NCBI RefSeq assembly: GCF_963921235.1
Contig: NC_086097.1
Span: forward strand, 1,240,001 to 1,304,000
Direction: 5' to 3'
DNA from: Mobula hypostoma
Lineage: Eukaryota
Length of the DNA: 64,000 bases
Shown here: positions 48,301 through 60,358 of the stretch, one piece after another
Position numbering within the stretch: position 1 is the first letter of the stretch
Layout: each line of letters opens with the position of its first letter
Notes under the pieces: model-generated
Told to the model about the DNA's origin: nothing
The model's input: only the letters and a program-made list of their open reading frames with translations
Databases searched by the model: none
Position numbers and translations under genes: made by a program

Positions 48301-50510
48301 ATGGAAAGGATGGTAGGGTACAGGAACCGTGGTGTGCAAAGGCAGTTGTAAATCTAGTCAAGAAGAAAAGAAGAGCTTATGAAAGGTTTGAAAAACTAGG
48401 TAATGATAGAGATCTAGAAGATTATAAGGCTAGCAGGAAGGAGCTTAAGAAATAAATTAAGAGCCAGAAGGGGCCATGAGAAGGCCTTGGTGGACAGGAC
48501 TCAGGAAAACCCCAAGGCATTCTACAAGTATGTGAAGAGCAAGAGGACAAGGCGTGAGAGAATAGGACCAATCAAGTGTGACAGTGGAAAAGTGTGTATG
48601 GAACTGGAAGAGATAGCAGAGGTACTTAATGAGTACTTTGCTTCAGTAATTACTACTGAAAAAGACCTTGACGATTGTAGGGATGACTTACAGTGGACTG
48701 CATAGCTTGAACATATAGACAGTATGAAAGAGGATGTGCTGGAGCTTTTGGAAAGCATCAAGTTGGATAAGTCACTGAGACCGGACGAGATATACCCCAG
48801 GCTACTGTGTGAGACGAGGGAGGAGATTGCTGAGCCTCTGGCGATGATCTTTGCATCATCAATGGGGACAGGAGAGGTTCCGGAGGATTAGAGGGTTGCG
48901 GATGCTGTTCCCTTATTCAAGAAAGGGAGTAGAGATCGCCCAGGAAATTATAGACCACAGAGTCTTACTTCAGTGGTTGGTAAATTGATGGAAAAGACCC
49001 TGAAAGGCAGGATTTATGAACATTTGGAGAAGCATAATATGATTCGGAACAGTCAGCATGGCCTTGTCAAAGGCAGGTCATGCCTTACGAGCCTAATTGA
49101 AATTTTTGAAGATGTGACTAAACACGTTGATGTAGGTAGAGTAGTAGATGTAGTGTACATGGATTTCAGCAAGGTACCCCATGCAAGGCTTATTGAGAAA
49201 GTAAGGAGGCACGGGATCCAAGGGGACCTTGCTTTGTGGATCCAGGATTGGCTTGCCCACAGAAGGCAAAGAGTTGTTGTAGATGGGTCATATTCTGCAT
49301 GGAGGTCGGTGACCAGTGTTGTGACTCAGGGATCTGTTTTGGGACCCCTTCTCTTTGTGATTTTTATAAATGACCTGCATGAGGAAGTAGTGGGATGGGT
49401 TAGTAAATTTGTCGATGACACAAAGGTTGGGGGTGTTGTGGACAGTGTGGAGGGCTGTCAGAGGTTACAGTGGGACATCAATAGGATGCAAAACTGAGCT
49501 GACAAGTGTGAAGTGGTTCATTTTGGTAGGTCAAATATGATGGCAGAATCTGCTATTAATGGTAACACTCTTGGCAGTGTGGAGGATCAGAGGGATTTTG
49601 GGTCTGAGTCCATAGGACACTCAAAGCTGCTGTGCAGGTTGACTCTGGTTAAGAAGGCATATGGTGCATTGGCCTTCATCAGTCATGGGATTGAGTTTAA
49701 GAGCCAAGAGGTAATGTTACAGCTATATAGGACCCTGGTCAGACACCACTTGGAGTACTGTGCTCAGTTCTGGTCACCTCACTACAGGAAGGATGTGGAA
49801 ACTATCGAAAGGGTGCAGAGGGGATTTACAAGGATGTTGCCTGGATTGGGGAGAATGCCTTATGCGAATTAGTTGAGTGAACTCGGCCTTTTCTCCTTGA
49901 AGCGGCGAAGGATGAGAGGTGACATGATAGAGGTGTATAAGATGATGAGAGGCATTGATCGTATGGATAGTCAGAGGCTTTTTCCCAGGGCTGAAATGGC
50001 TAACACGAGAGGGCACAGTTTTAAGGTGCTTGGAAGTAGGTACAGAGGAGATGTCTGGGGTAAGTTTTTTTTTCCACAGAGAGTGGTGAGTGCGTGGAAT
50101 GGGCTGTCGGTGACAGTGGTGGAGGTGGATATGATAGGTTCTTTTCAGAGACTCCTGGATAGGTACATGGAGCTTAGAAAGATAGTGGGCTCTGGGTAAC
50201 CTTAGGTAATTTCTAAAATAAGTGCATGTTCGGCACAGCATTGTCTAGACAGAGTAGAAGTAGAAAGGATGTTTCCCATGGTGGGGGAGTCTAGAACAAG
50301 AAGGCACAGCATCAGGTTGGAGGGACATCCATGTTGTTTGCACTTTTAAGGCAGAGATTGATAGGTTCTTGATTGGACATGGCATCAAAGGTTATGGGAA
50401 TAAGGCCAGGGAGTGGGTTTGAGGAGGGGAAAAAGGATCAGCCATGATTGAATAGCAGAGCAGACTCGATGGGCAAATGGGCTAATTCTGCTCCTATGTC
50501 TTATGGTCTT
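45379..50510 (+). mobile_element. Tandem or mosaic CR1 fragments (ORF1 esterase, APE, RT, 3' ends)
   Basis: VHIGTNN...; YFNARSI...AITETW; SQHGLVKGRSC; HLEYCAQFWSP; tcttatggtctta tail at about 50505. Confidence 0.8.
47320..48008 (+). mobile_element. Unclassified non-autonomous retroposon (about 690 bp), copy 1
   Basis: Clean insertion in the CR1 APE (gattttaat|...|tttaccagatatcgattgg); GC-rich 5' end; AATAAA, hairpin GAGGAC-tgagt-GTCCTC and a taatct tail; homologous to 58229-58864. Confidence 0.75.
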
Positions 50511-51289
50511 ATTCAATCTGTGGTAACTGTTCTGGAAACTGGGCATGTTTTGGGAGACAACAACTAGTGCATCTATCATCCATCTCCTTAAAACCCAAGG
50601 ACTGTTATCATGGAGTCACAGTCATACACAATGGAGTAAGGTCCTCCATGCTGACAGTGTGTTCAGTGAACTAGTCCCAGCTGCCTGTGTTTAGCTCACG
50701 CTCTCTAAACTCTTCCATGCATGTGCTTAGCTAAGGAACACAGACAGAATGCTGGAGCAACTCAGCAGGCCAGGCAGCATCTATGGTAAAGAGTCTAATC
50801 GACTGCTGAAGGGGCTCGGCCCGAGGCATCAACGGTACACTTTTCCATAGATGCTGCCTGGCCTGCTGTGTTCCTCCAGCGTTTTGTGTGTGTTGCTTGG
50901 ATTTCCAGCATCTGCAGATTTTCACTTGTTCATGTACTTATCTAAATGCTTTTAAATCTCTCACCTTTAATCTTAAACTGTGGGCTCTTGTTAGCACTCT
51001 TTCCTAAGGAAAAGGACGGTGTGTTTTATGATCCGCAGGTGGTGTCTCAACAGGGCTGCATCCATCACCCTAACCATCCACATAGAGGAGCCCGAGGACC
51101 CACGCTGAACTTCTTCCCCTCCACCGTCGTTTCGTAACAGTCCATGAACCGATGAACATTACCTCACCATTCCCTTGTTAATTGTTTATTTTGTACCTTA
51201 TGGTGATTGTGTGCTTTTGCATTGTACTGCTGCCACAAAACAAATTTAACATCATTTAACCCAGTGATAATAAGCCTGATTCTGATCTT

Positions 51290-53090
51290 TGATAGCGTCA
51301 GCTGGGAGGTATCTTGAGCTGAGAACATCTCTGAATACACGGAGCTGGTCACAAGCTTCATTCAGAAGTGCATTGAAGACATTGTTCCCCAAAAATTGGT
51401 ACGGGTCTACCCAAACCAGAAAGCTTGGATAAATATTTCAGTGTGTGTTGCTCTCAGCATAAGGGCAGAAGCCCTTACCTCTGGAGACCAACAGTAACTC
51501 AAGAGATGCCAGTATGATTTGCGTAGAGCTATCAAGGTAAAACAGCAACACAAGGACAAAATCCATTCACAATTCTGTGACAATGACGCATGCAGAATAT
51601 GGCAAAGACTGCACACATATCGTGGACTTCAAGAGGAAGCACAGCAGTACAGCCAACATTGCTGCCTCATTCCTGGACGAGCTAAATGTCTTTTACACTC
51701 AATTTGAGGTTGATAGGACTGAACCCCAGATGAGAACTGTTGACGAGACCGGCACCTTGGTCATCTCAGAGGCTGAGGTACGTAGAACATTCCAGCATGT
51801 TGACAGCTGCAAGGCAATGGGGCTGGACAGCATCCCAGGGCGCATCCTCCAAGTATGTGTGGAACAGCTAGCTGGTGTGGTTAAGAACATTATTAGTTTC
51901 TTCCTCTCTAGTGTGTAGTGCCCTCCTGTTTCAGATTGTCCATCATTGTTCCTGTACCTAAGGAAACCCCTGTCGCACTCACCTCAATTATAAGCAAGTG
52001 CTTTGAGAGGCTGGTTACAGACTACGTCTGCAGCATGCTACGACCCGCACTGGACTACAATTCGCCTACTGACAGAATTAGTTTACTGATGACACCACAG
52101 CCACAGCACTACTCACTGTCCTCACTCACCTGGAGAAGAAGGATGCATACACCAGAATAGTGTTCCTGGACTACAGTTCAGTATTCAACACCATAATTCC
52201 CTCCAGACCTGACAGGAAACTCAGAGACCTCGGCCTGCACTCCACCTTGTGCAGCTGGATCCTAGACTTCCTATCGGATTGCCAACAGGTGATAGGGATG
52301 GGCTTCCTCACCTCTGTCCCTCTGATCCTCAACAGAGGTGCCCCCCGGGTTTGTGTTCTGAGTACCCTTCTCTACTCCTTTTACACCCACGACTGTACTG
52401 CCAGACACAGCTCCAATCTGCTGATCAAACTCGCAGATGACACGACTTTGATCGGCCTTATTTCGAGCGGTAATCAGACAGCCTAGAGAGCAGAGGTTGA
52501 CACCCTGACACAGTGGAGCCAGGATAAAAACCTCTCCCTGATGTCCGAAAAACAAAAGAGCTGATTGTGAATTACAGGAGGAACAGAGACAGGCTGGGCC
52601 CGACCAACATTAATGGGTCTGTAGTTGAGAGGGTGAGTAGTTTCAAGTCCCTCGGTATGCACATCACTGATGATCTCACCTGGACTGTACACACCGGCTT
52701 TGTAGCAAAAAAAAGCGCAACAGTGCCTCTTTCACTTCAGGCGTCTGAAGAGGTTCGGCATGGGCTCCCAAATCCTCAGGACCTTCTACAGGGGCCCCAT
52801 TAAGATATACAGACTGACTGTATCACTGCCTGATACGGGAACTGCACCAACCTTGATTGCTGGGCACGCAGAGAGTGGTACGGACAGCCCAGCGCATCTG
52901 TGGACATGAATTTCCCTCCACTGAGGACATTTACAGCAGCAGGTGCAGAAAGGAGGCCTGGAAGATCATCGGGGACACTGGTCACCCCAACCATAAACTG
53001 TTTCAGCTACTTCCATCTGGCAAATGCTACCGCAGCATTAAAGCCAGGACCAACAGGCTTCTTTCTACAAGCCATTAGACTTTTAAATTC
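51290..53090 (+). mobile_element. Degraded Rex1/Babar-like LINE RT
   Basis: KAMGLDSIPGRIL...PVALTSIISKCFERLV...FLDYSSVFNTIIP...LLYSFYTHDC...KLADDTT...HPNHKLFQLLPSGK. Confidence 0.85.
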
Positions 53091-56077
53091 ACATGTCTGT
53101 ACATTGCGACAGAGTCATAACACAAAGATTTTTACTCCCTCACATTGTGGGATGGATGTAAGATTTAAATATATTCTAAATTCTAAGATTCTAAGATATT
53201 CATACCTCTATTAAGTCAGTACTCAATCTCCAGCACTCCATGGGTTAAAATCCTAGTCCACTCTCCCTGTAACTCGGGCCCCAAATACAGGCAATATCCT
53301 GGTAAATCTTCTTCATACTCTTTCTATTTTACTAACATTTTTCCCATAACAGGGTAACAAAAAAGGGACACATTACTCCAAGTGCAGCTTCACCAATGTC
53401 ATATATAATTGGAACATAACTTCCCAACCCCTATATTCAATGATGAAGGCCGGCTTGCTGAGCACCATCATCACCACCCTATCTTCCTGTGATGCTGCTT
53501 TCAGTGATCAATGCACTTGTATTCCTAAGTACCTCTGTTCCATAACTCTCTGCCAGCCCCTACCATTATGTATGTTTGATCTCTCCAAATCCGACAGCTC
53601 ACATTTATCTGAATCGAAAACCATTAGCCAATCCTCAGCTCATTTACCCAGCTTATCACCTTGCATAAACTTCTCAGAATCAGGTTTAATATCAGTGGCA
53701 TAAGTTGTGCAATTAGCTGCTTTGCAGTAGCAGTACATTCATGAGGCCTTCCACTGGCTGGGCTTGATCACAGAAACATAGAAAACCTACAGCACAATAC
53801 AGGCCCTTCGGCCCACAATGCTGTACCAAACATGTCCTTACTTTAGAAATTACCTAGGGTTACCCATAACTCTCTATTTTTCTAAGCTCCATGAGTCTCT
53901 TAAAAGACCCTATCATATCTGCCTCCACAACCATGCTGGCAGCCCATTCCACACATAACTCTCTGCGTAAAAAAACTTACCCCTGACATCTCCTCTGTAC
54001 CTACTTCCAAGAAGTTTAAAACTGTGCACTCTCGTGCTAGCCATTTCAGCCCTGGGAAAAAGCCTCTGACTATCCACATGATCAATGCCTCTCATCATCT
54101 TATACACCTCTATCAGGTCACCTCTCATCCTCCATCGCTCCAAGGGGAAAAGGCTGAGTTCACTCAACCTATTCTCATAAGACAAGCTCCCCAATCCAGG
54201 CAACATCCTTGTAAATCTCCTCTGCACCCTTTCTATAGTTTCCACATCCTTCCTGTAGTGAGGTGACCAGAACTGAGCACAATACTCCAAGTGGTGTCTG
54301 ACCAGGGTCCTAAATAGCTGTAACATTACCTCTCAGCTCTTAAACTCAATTCCACAGTTGATGCAGGCCAATACACCATATGCCTTCTTAACCACAGAGT
54401 CAACCTGCGCAGCTGCTTTGAGTGTCCTATGGACTCAGACTCCAAGATCCCTTTGATCCTCCACACTGCCACGAGTCTTACCATTAATACTATATTCTGT
54501 CATCATATTTGACCTACCAAAATGAACCACTTCACACTTACCTGGGTTGAACTCCATCTGCCACTTCTCAGCCCAGTTTTGCATCCTATCAATGTCCTGC
54601 TGTAACCTCTGACAGCCCTCCACATTATCCACAGCTCCCCCAACCTTTGTGTCATCAGTAAATTTACGAACCCAACACTTCAACTCCTCATCCAGGTCAT
54701 TTATAAAAATCACGAAGACAAGGGGTCCCAGAACAGATCCCTGAGGCACACCACTGGTGACCAATCTCCATGCAGAATATGACCCATCTACAACCACCCT
54801 TTGCCTTCTGTGGGCAAGCCAATTCTGGATCCACAAAGCAATGTCCCCTTGGATCCCATGCCTCCTTAGTTTCTCAATAAGCCTTGCATGGGGTACCTTA
54901 TCAAATGCCTTGCTGAAATCCATCTACACTACATCTACTGCTCTACCTTCATCAATGTGTTTAGTCAATTAGAAAAACCTACAGCACACAAAGCTGTGCT
55001 GAACAGGTCCTTACCTTAGAAATTGCCTAGGGTTACCCATAGCCCTCTATTTTTCTGAGCTCCATGTACCTATCCAGGAATGTCTTAAAAGACCCTATCG
55101 TATCCGCCTCCACCAATGTCGTTGGCAGCCCATTCCACACACTGACCACTCTCTGTGTAAAAAAACTTACCCCTATCATCTCCTCTGTATGTACTTCCAA
55201 GCACCTTAAAACTATGCCCTCTCATGCTAGCCATTTCAGCCCTGGGAAAAAACCTCTGACTATCCACCCGATCAATGCCTCTCATCATCTTATACACCTC
55301 AAATCAGGTCACCTCTCATGCTCCATCGCTCCAAGGAGAAAAGGTCGAGTTCACTCAACCTATTCTCATAAGGCATGCTCCCCAATCCAGGCAATATCCT
55401 TGTAAATCTCCTCTGCATCCTTGCTGTGGTTTCCACATCTTTCATGCAGTGAGGTGACCAGAACTGAGCACAGTACTCCGAGTGGGCTCTGGCCAGAGTC
55501 CTATGTAGCTGCAACATTACCTCTCGGCTCTTAAACTCAATCCCACGACTGATAAAGGCCAATGCACGGTGTGCCTTCTTAACCACAGAGTAAACCTGCG
55601 TAGCAGCTTTGAGTGTCCTAAGGACTCAGACACCAAGATCCCTCTGATCCTCCACACTGCCAAGAGTCTTGCCATACTATATTCTGCCATCATATTTGAC
55701 CTACCGAAATGAACACCTCACACTCATCCTCAAAAAATACAATCAGGCTCGTAAGGCATGACCTGCCTTTGGCAAAACCATGCTGACTATTCCTAATCAT
55801 ATTATACCTCTCCAAATGTTCATAAATCCTCTCTCTCAGGATTTTGCCATCAACTTACCAACCACTGAAGTAAGACTCACTGGTCTATAATTTTCTGGGC
55901 TATCTCTACCCCCTTTTCTTGAATAAGGGAACAACAACTGCAACGCTCCAATCCTCCGGAACATCTCCCTTCCCCATTGATGATGCAATGATCAATGCTA
56001 GAGGCTCAGCTATCACCTCCCTCGCCTCCCACGGTAGCCTGGGGTACATCCCATCCAGTCCTGGTGGCTTATCCAAT

Positions 56078-56910
56078 TTGCACACACAAAATGCTGGTGA
56101 ACGCAGGTCAGGCAGCATTTCTAGGAAGAGGTACAGTCTACGTTTCAGGCTGAGACCCTTCGTCAGGACTAACTGAAGGAAGAGTTAGTAAGAGATATGA
56201 AAGTGGGGGGGGGAGGGGGAGGGGGAGATCCGAAATGATAGGAGAAGACAGGAGGGGTAGGGATGGAGCCAAGAGCTGGACAGGTGATTGGCAAAAGGGG
56301 ATACGAGAGGATCATGGGACAGGAGATCCGGGGAGAAAGACAAGGGGGAGGGGAGCCCAGAGGAAGATGGAGAGCAGGCAGGGAGTTATATTGAGGGACA
56401 GAGGGAGAAAAAAGAGAGAGAGAAAGAAGGGGGGGGATTAAATAAATGATGGGGTAAGAAGGGGAGGAGGGGCATTAACGGAAGTTAATGTTCATGCCCC
56501 TCCTCCCCTTCTTACCCCATCCCTTATTTATTTATTCCCCCCTTTCTCTCTCTTTTTTCTTCCTCTGTCCCTCTCACTATAACTCCTTGCCTGCTCTCCA
56601 TCTCCCTCTCGTGCTCCTCTCCTCCCATCCCATGATCCTCTCCCTTCTCCAGCCTTATACCCCCTTTACCAGTCACCTGTCCAGCTCTTGGCTCCATCCC
56701 TCCCCCTCCTGTCTTCTCCTATCATTTTGGATCTCCCCCTCCCCCTCCCACTTCCAAATCTCTTACTAACTCTTCCTTCAGTTAATCCTGACGAAGGGTC
56801 TCGGCCCAAACGTCGACTGTACCTCTTCCTGGAGGTGCTGCCTGGCCTGCTGCGTTCACCAGCATTTTGTTTGAATTTCCAGCATTTGCAGATTTCCTCG
56901 TGTTTGCGGA
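56078..56910. mobile_element. Penelope-like element remnant: two pLTR/3' ends in inverted orientation
   Basis: 56080-56497 is the reverse complement of 56498-56907; both are homologous to 29620-30008; flanked by a ttatccaa duplication within a CR1. Confidence 0.8.
56134..56175 (-). ncRNA. Putative minimal type-I hammerhead ribozyme (Penelope-associated)
   Basis: Minus strand reads cagttAGTC-CUGACGA-AGGgucucagCCU-GAAA-CG-UA/GACTg: complete core, stems I and II, and palindromic ACGU at stem III. Confidence 0.6.
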
Positions 56911-57329
56911 TTTATCCAACTTGATGCTTTTCAAAAACTCCAGCACATCCTCTTTCTTAATGTCTATATGCTCAAGCTTTTCAGTCTGCTGCAAGGCATC
57001 CCTACAATCACCAAGGTCCTTTTCTGCAGTGAATATAAGCAAAGTATCCATTGGGTACCTCTGCTCTCTCCTCCGGTTTGATACACATTTTTCCACTGTC
57101 ACACTTGATTGGTCCTATTCTCTCACGACTTATCCTCTGACTAAAGAAATTGCTCCTGATCTCTGATATCCTTCAATTCTGAAGCTGTGCCCTCTGATTC
57201 TAGACTCCCCCACTATAGGAAACATCCTTTCCACATCCACTCTATCTAGGCCCCGCAATATTCGACATGTTTCAAATGCATCCCCCCTCAATCTTCTAAA
57301 CTCCAGCAAGTACAAGCACAGATCCTGAA

Positions 57330-58090
57330 GAAGGTGAAGCTGCTGAACAGCGACTTCTTTGTTTGCATCTTCAGAAACAGCTCTATTTCCATCTTTAATA
57401 TCGTTATTTTTCCCTTTCAGGGATCTTTTGTAGACCCTGACCTGGAGTTACAGGAATGGGTCCAGCTCTCGGGGTTTTATAACCAGCCATTGTTGTTCGG
57501 CATGCCAAGGGCTCAGCCTAAGTATTTCGCTTGGCTTTGGAAGCCTAGTTCTGGAGGTGGGCAGATCAAGGGTCAGTATCACAACAGGAGACCTGTGTGT
57601 CATCGGAGGAGTCAGAATATCTGCGGCTCTGTGCCCTGAGACTCATATTCTTTGGGCACAGCGCTCGAAAAAAAGCAACGTGGCAGACTTTTAACTTCGT
57701 AAACCAGGTTGTTTGTTATGTCTCCCCGCTCGCTGTGAAAATGGAGACATCTCTTTCTTCCTTACTAGGGAGAGACAGCCTGTAGTATGTGGAATACCAG
57801 GTGAAACGCGAAGTGTTTGGAGTACTGCAAGTCTGTGTCTTTGCTGTTGCCTTGCTCATGCTTGAGTGCTTGGTGGCAGTGCCGATGATCTTTTTGGCCA
57901 TTTGGGGAGGGGGGATTGGCGTTTGCTGCGGCTTACGCACGGGAAGGGGGTGGATTTTTAGGGTTCGAACATTTGACTGTCGTTCATTCTTTGGGGCACT
58001 CATCTGTTTTTGTGGATTGTTGAAAAGAAAAAGCGTTTCAGGATATATATTCTATACATTTCTCTGACAGTAAGTGTACCTTTGAAACTC
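57330..58090 (+). repeat. Unclassified interspersed repeat
   Basis: Non-coding block between CR1 fragments, ending in a LINE-like 3' end (ttctctgacagtaagtgtacctttgaaact); loosely resembles the end of the 132-800 block. Confidence 0.35.
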
Positions 58091-58094
58091 TCCT

Positions 58095-59430
58095 TATCGG
58101 TTAACCCTTTCATTCCTGGGGTAATTTTCGTGAATCTCCTCTGGATCCTCTCCAATGCCAGCACACCTTTTCCGATATAAGGGACTAAAACGGTTCACAA
58201 TACTCCAAGCACAGTGTGACCAATGCCTCCGGAGGGAGGAGAAGATGGCGGCGTGACGCAGTGCGCGCGGCCGTTCTGAATGAATATCGATATGTGTAAC
58301 TAGGGGGCCGAGCATCAATCTGGATTTGATGGGGACAGCTGTGAGAAGCGCAGAGGAACATCTGGTGAAACTTCTGAAATGCCCGCTTCGCTGCTGCTGC
58401 TACTGTGCGATCGAGAATCTCCGGAGACGAAGGCCCCAAATCCTTGGCTTTGCGTATCGCCTGTTGCCGGGGTCGGGGTCGAAACGCTCGGCAGAGATGG
58501 TGCTCGGTGTCGGAGAGCTGGTCGGAGGCTCGGAGTTTTTCGGACTGACTTGGAGTCGGACTGTGGTCGGATACTTCCAGGATGCTGCACCGGCAAGTTT
58601 ACGGCGCTGGAGGTTTACCGTCTGTGTGAGATGATGGGACTTTCGAGAGACTTTGAGACTTTTACTGTACCATGGTCTGTTCTTATCAAATTACGGTATT
58701 GCTTTGCACTGTTGTAACTATATGTTTAATTATGTGGTTTTTGTCACTTTTTAAGTCGGTTTGTCATGTGTTTTCGTCATATCATTCTGGAAAAACATTT
58801 TTATCATTTCTTAATGCATGCATTACTAAATGACAATAAAAGGGGACTGCATGTCCTCATAATCATAAAGCCTTAGCATCACACTCTTACTTTTATATTC
58901 TAGTCCTCTCAAAGAATACTAACAATGCATTTGGCTTCCTTACCACTGACTCAGCCTGCAAACTAACCTTTAGGGAATCCTGCACAAGGACTCCCAAGTT
59001 CTCTTTCAGTAGTCCATACCTTTATTCTTTCTACCACAGTGCATGACCATGAACTTTCCGACTCTATATTCTACCTGCTTCTTCTTTATCCGTTCTCCCA
59101 ATCTGTCTGACTCCTTCTGCAGACACCCTCCTTCCTCAGCACTACCTATTTTCATACTGTCCACAAACTTGGCAATTTCATCATCCTAATCATTGACATA
59201 TGATGTGAAAAGCAGTCCCAACACCAACCCCTGCAGCACGCCACTAGTCACCGGCAGCCAACCAGAAAAGGCCCCCTTTATCCCCACTCTGCCAATCAGC
59301 CGATCTTCTATCCATGCAGGTATCTTCTCTGTAATACCCTGGATTCTTATCTTGTCAAAGGCCTTCTGAAAATCTAAATCAACAGTAGCCATACTGACTT
59401 TCCTTTGTCAATCCTGCCTGTTATTTCTTC
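58095..59430 (-). mobile_element. Old CR1 fragment split by the 58229-58864 retroposon
   Basis: DFQKAFDK...WLPVTSGVLQGLVLG on the minus strand; rejoins as ccaatgcct|ataaagcctt. Confidence 0.75.
58229..58864 (+). mobile_element. Unclassified non-autonomous retroposon (about 640 bp), copy 2
   Basis: Starts ...gagAAGATGGCGGC (58242-58252); 3' AATAAA, hairpin GGGGAC-tgcat-GTCCTC and taatc; homologous to 47320-48008. Confidence 0.75.
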
Positions 59431-59666
59431 AGGTTTACTCTGGAAGCATTTACCATGAGTGGGTATAGCCACACGGCAGCGGAGGTTTGAGATCAGAGAT
59501 TTTCTTCTCCGAGATGAGCTGCCAAACCCATCTGCCCGATGTGACTGGTTTTAAGGCACCAGTAACCCAGATTGCATCCACTGCCTTTACCTTCATTTAT
59601 TTTTTAATGTTTTTTTTGGCGCGTCGCACCAGACAGTCAGCCTTTCTTGTCTAGTGCGTGGTGTCA

Positions 59667-59818
59667 GGATTGGTCTCCTTTGGGATTAACTGGGTCACGA
59701 TATGAACATTCCTGACTCGACCCCTTTTTTTGGGGGGGGGGGTGGCCTGACTTCGATACGAACTCGGGAACCTTCGCTCCGTAGTCCGGCACTGATGCCA
59801 TTGCGCCACCAGCCAGCC
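59667..59818 (-). mobile_element. tRNA-derived SINE
   Basis: Minus strand ggctggctggTGGCGCAATGG (A box) ... GAGTTCGTATC (B-box-like); shares its body with 38229-38392. Confidence 0.7.
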
Positions 59819-60247
59819 AAAAAAAAACCTTCATTTATTGTCTTGATTAACTCCTTGAAGAACTCCCTGAGATTTGTTTGACATGACTTCCCGCACACAA
59901 AGCCATGCTGACCATCCCATATCAGATCTGTCTCCAAATCAGTTCTTGGGCTTTGTCACCTCTCAAACTCTTATTTTCACATGATTCATTTTTTAGTGAC
60001 GGCTGACATTCATTCCCTTCTCATCCATTATTTTTGTGATGCTTTCCGTGTCTTCTTCAGTAAAGACAAGAAATAATTCGTTAATTTTTCTGCTCAATAT
60101 CAGTTCTCCTGTCTTGATCTGAAAGGGAGCTAGGTTAACTTCCCATTTTACATATATTACCAGCTCTCGTCAGAAAGCCCTTTCAACACATCCTTCCACC
60201 TTGACACTCCTGTAAACACCTACAGCACATTGCAAGAGGTTACTTAC

Positions 60248-60358
60248 CCGACCAGCCCAGCAGTCAGGAAGACAACCCAGAGGTGACCCAGGGCAAGTGT
60301 GAACGTGAAGACCACCATCCCGGTGAAGGATAAGAAGTAAACAACCAGTGTGGTCTGT
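60248..60358 (-). CDS. FLVCR2: FLVCR2-like MFS transporter, internal coding exon (likely exon 6 equivalent)
   Basis: Minus strand: pyrimidine tract tctttctctcctcctttctcAG, then a 111-bp exon encoding (K)[37 protein letters not shown], then donor GTaagta. Matches recalled FLVCR TM9-10 sequence and splices in frame to the 42190 exon. Confidence 0.93.

Larger units (their letters stand above)
53772..57325 (-). mobile_element. Two tandem CR1 copies (53772-54965 and 54970-57130) plus a further fragment
   Basis: Two 3' ends (tttctatg-type) on the minus strand; DFSKAFDKVPH and [10 protein letters not shown]; the second copy is split by a Penelope insertion. Confidence 0.85.

Noticed and set aside
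12052..60247. Strong antisense orientation bias of TEs relative to FLVCR2
   Set aside because: The Gypsy, the L1 and the youngest CR1s are antisense, but several large CR1s are sense. The counts are too small to support a bias.
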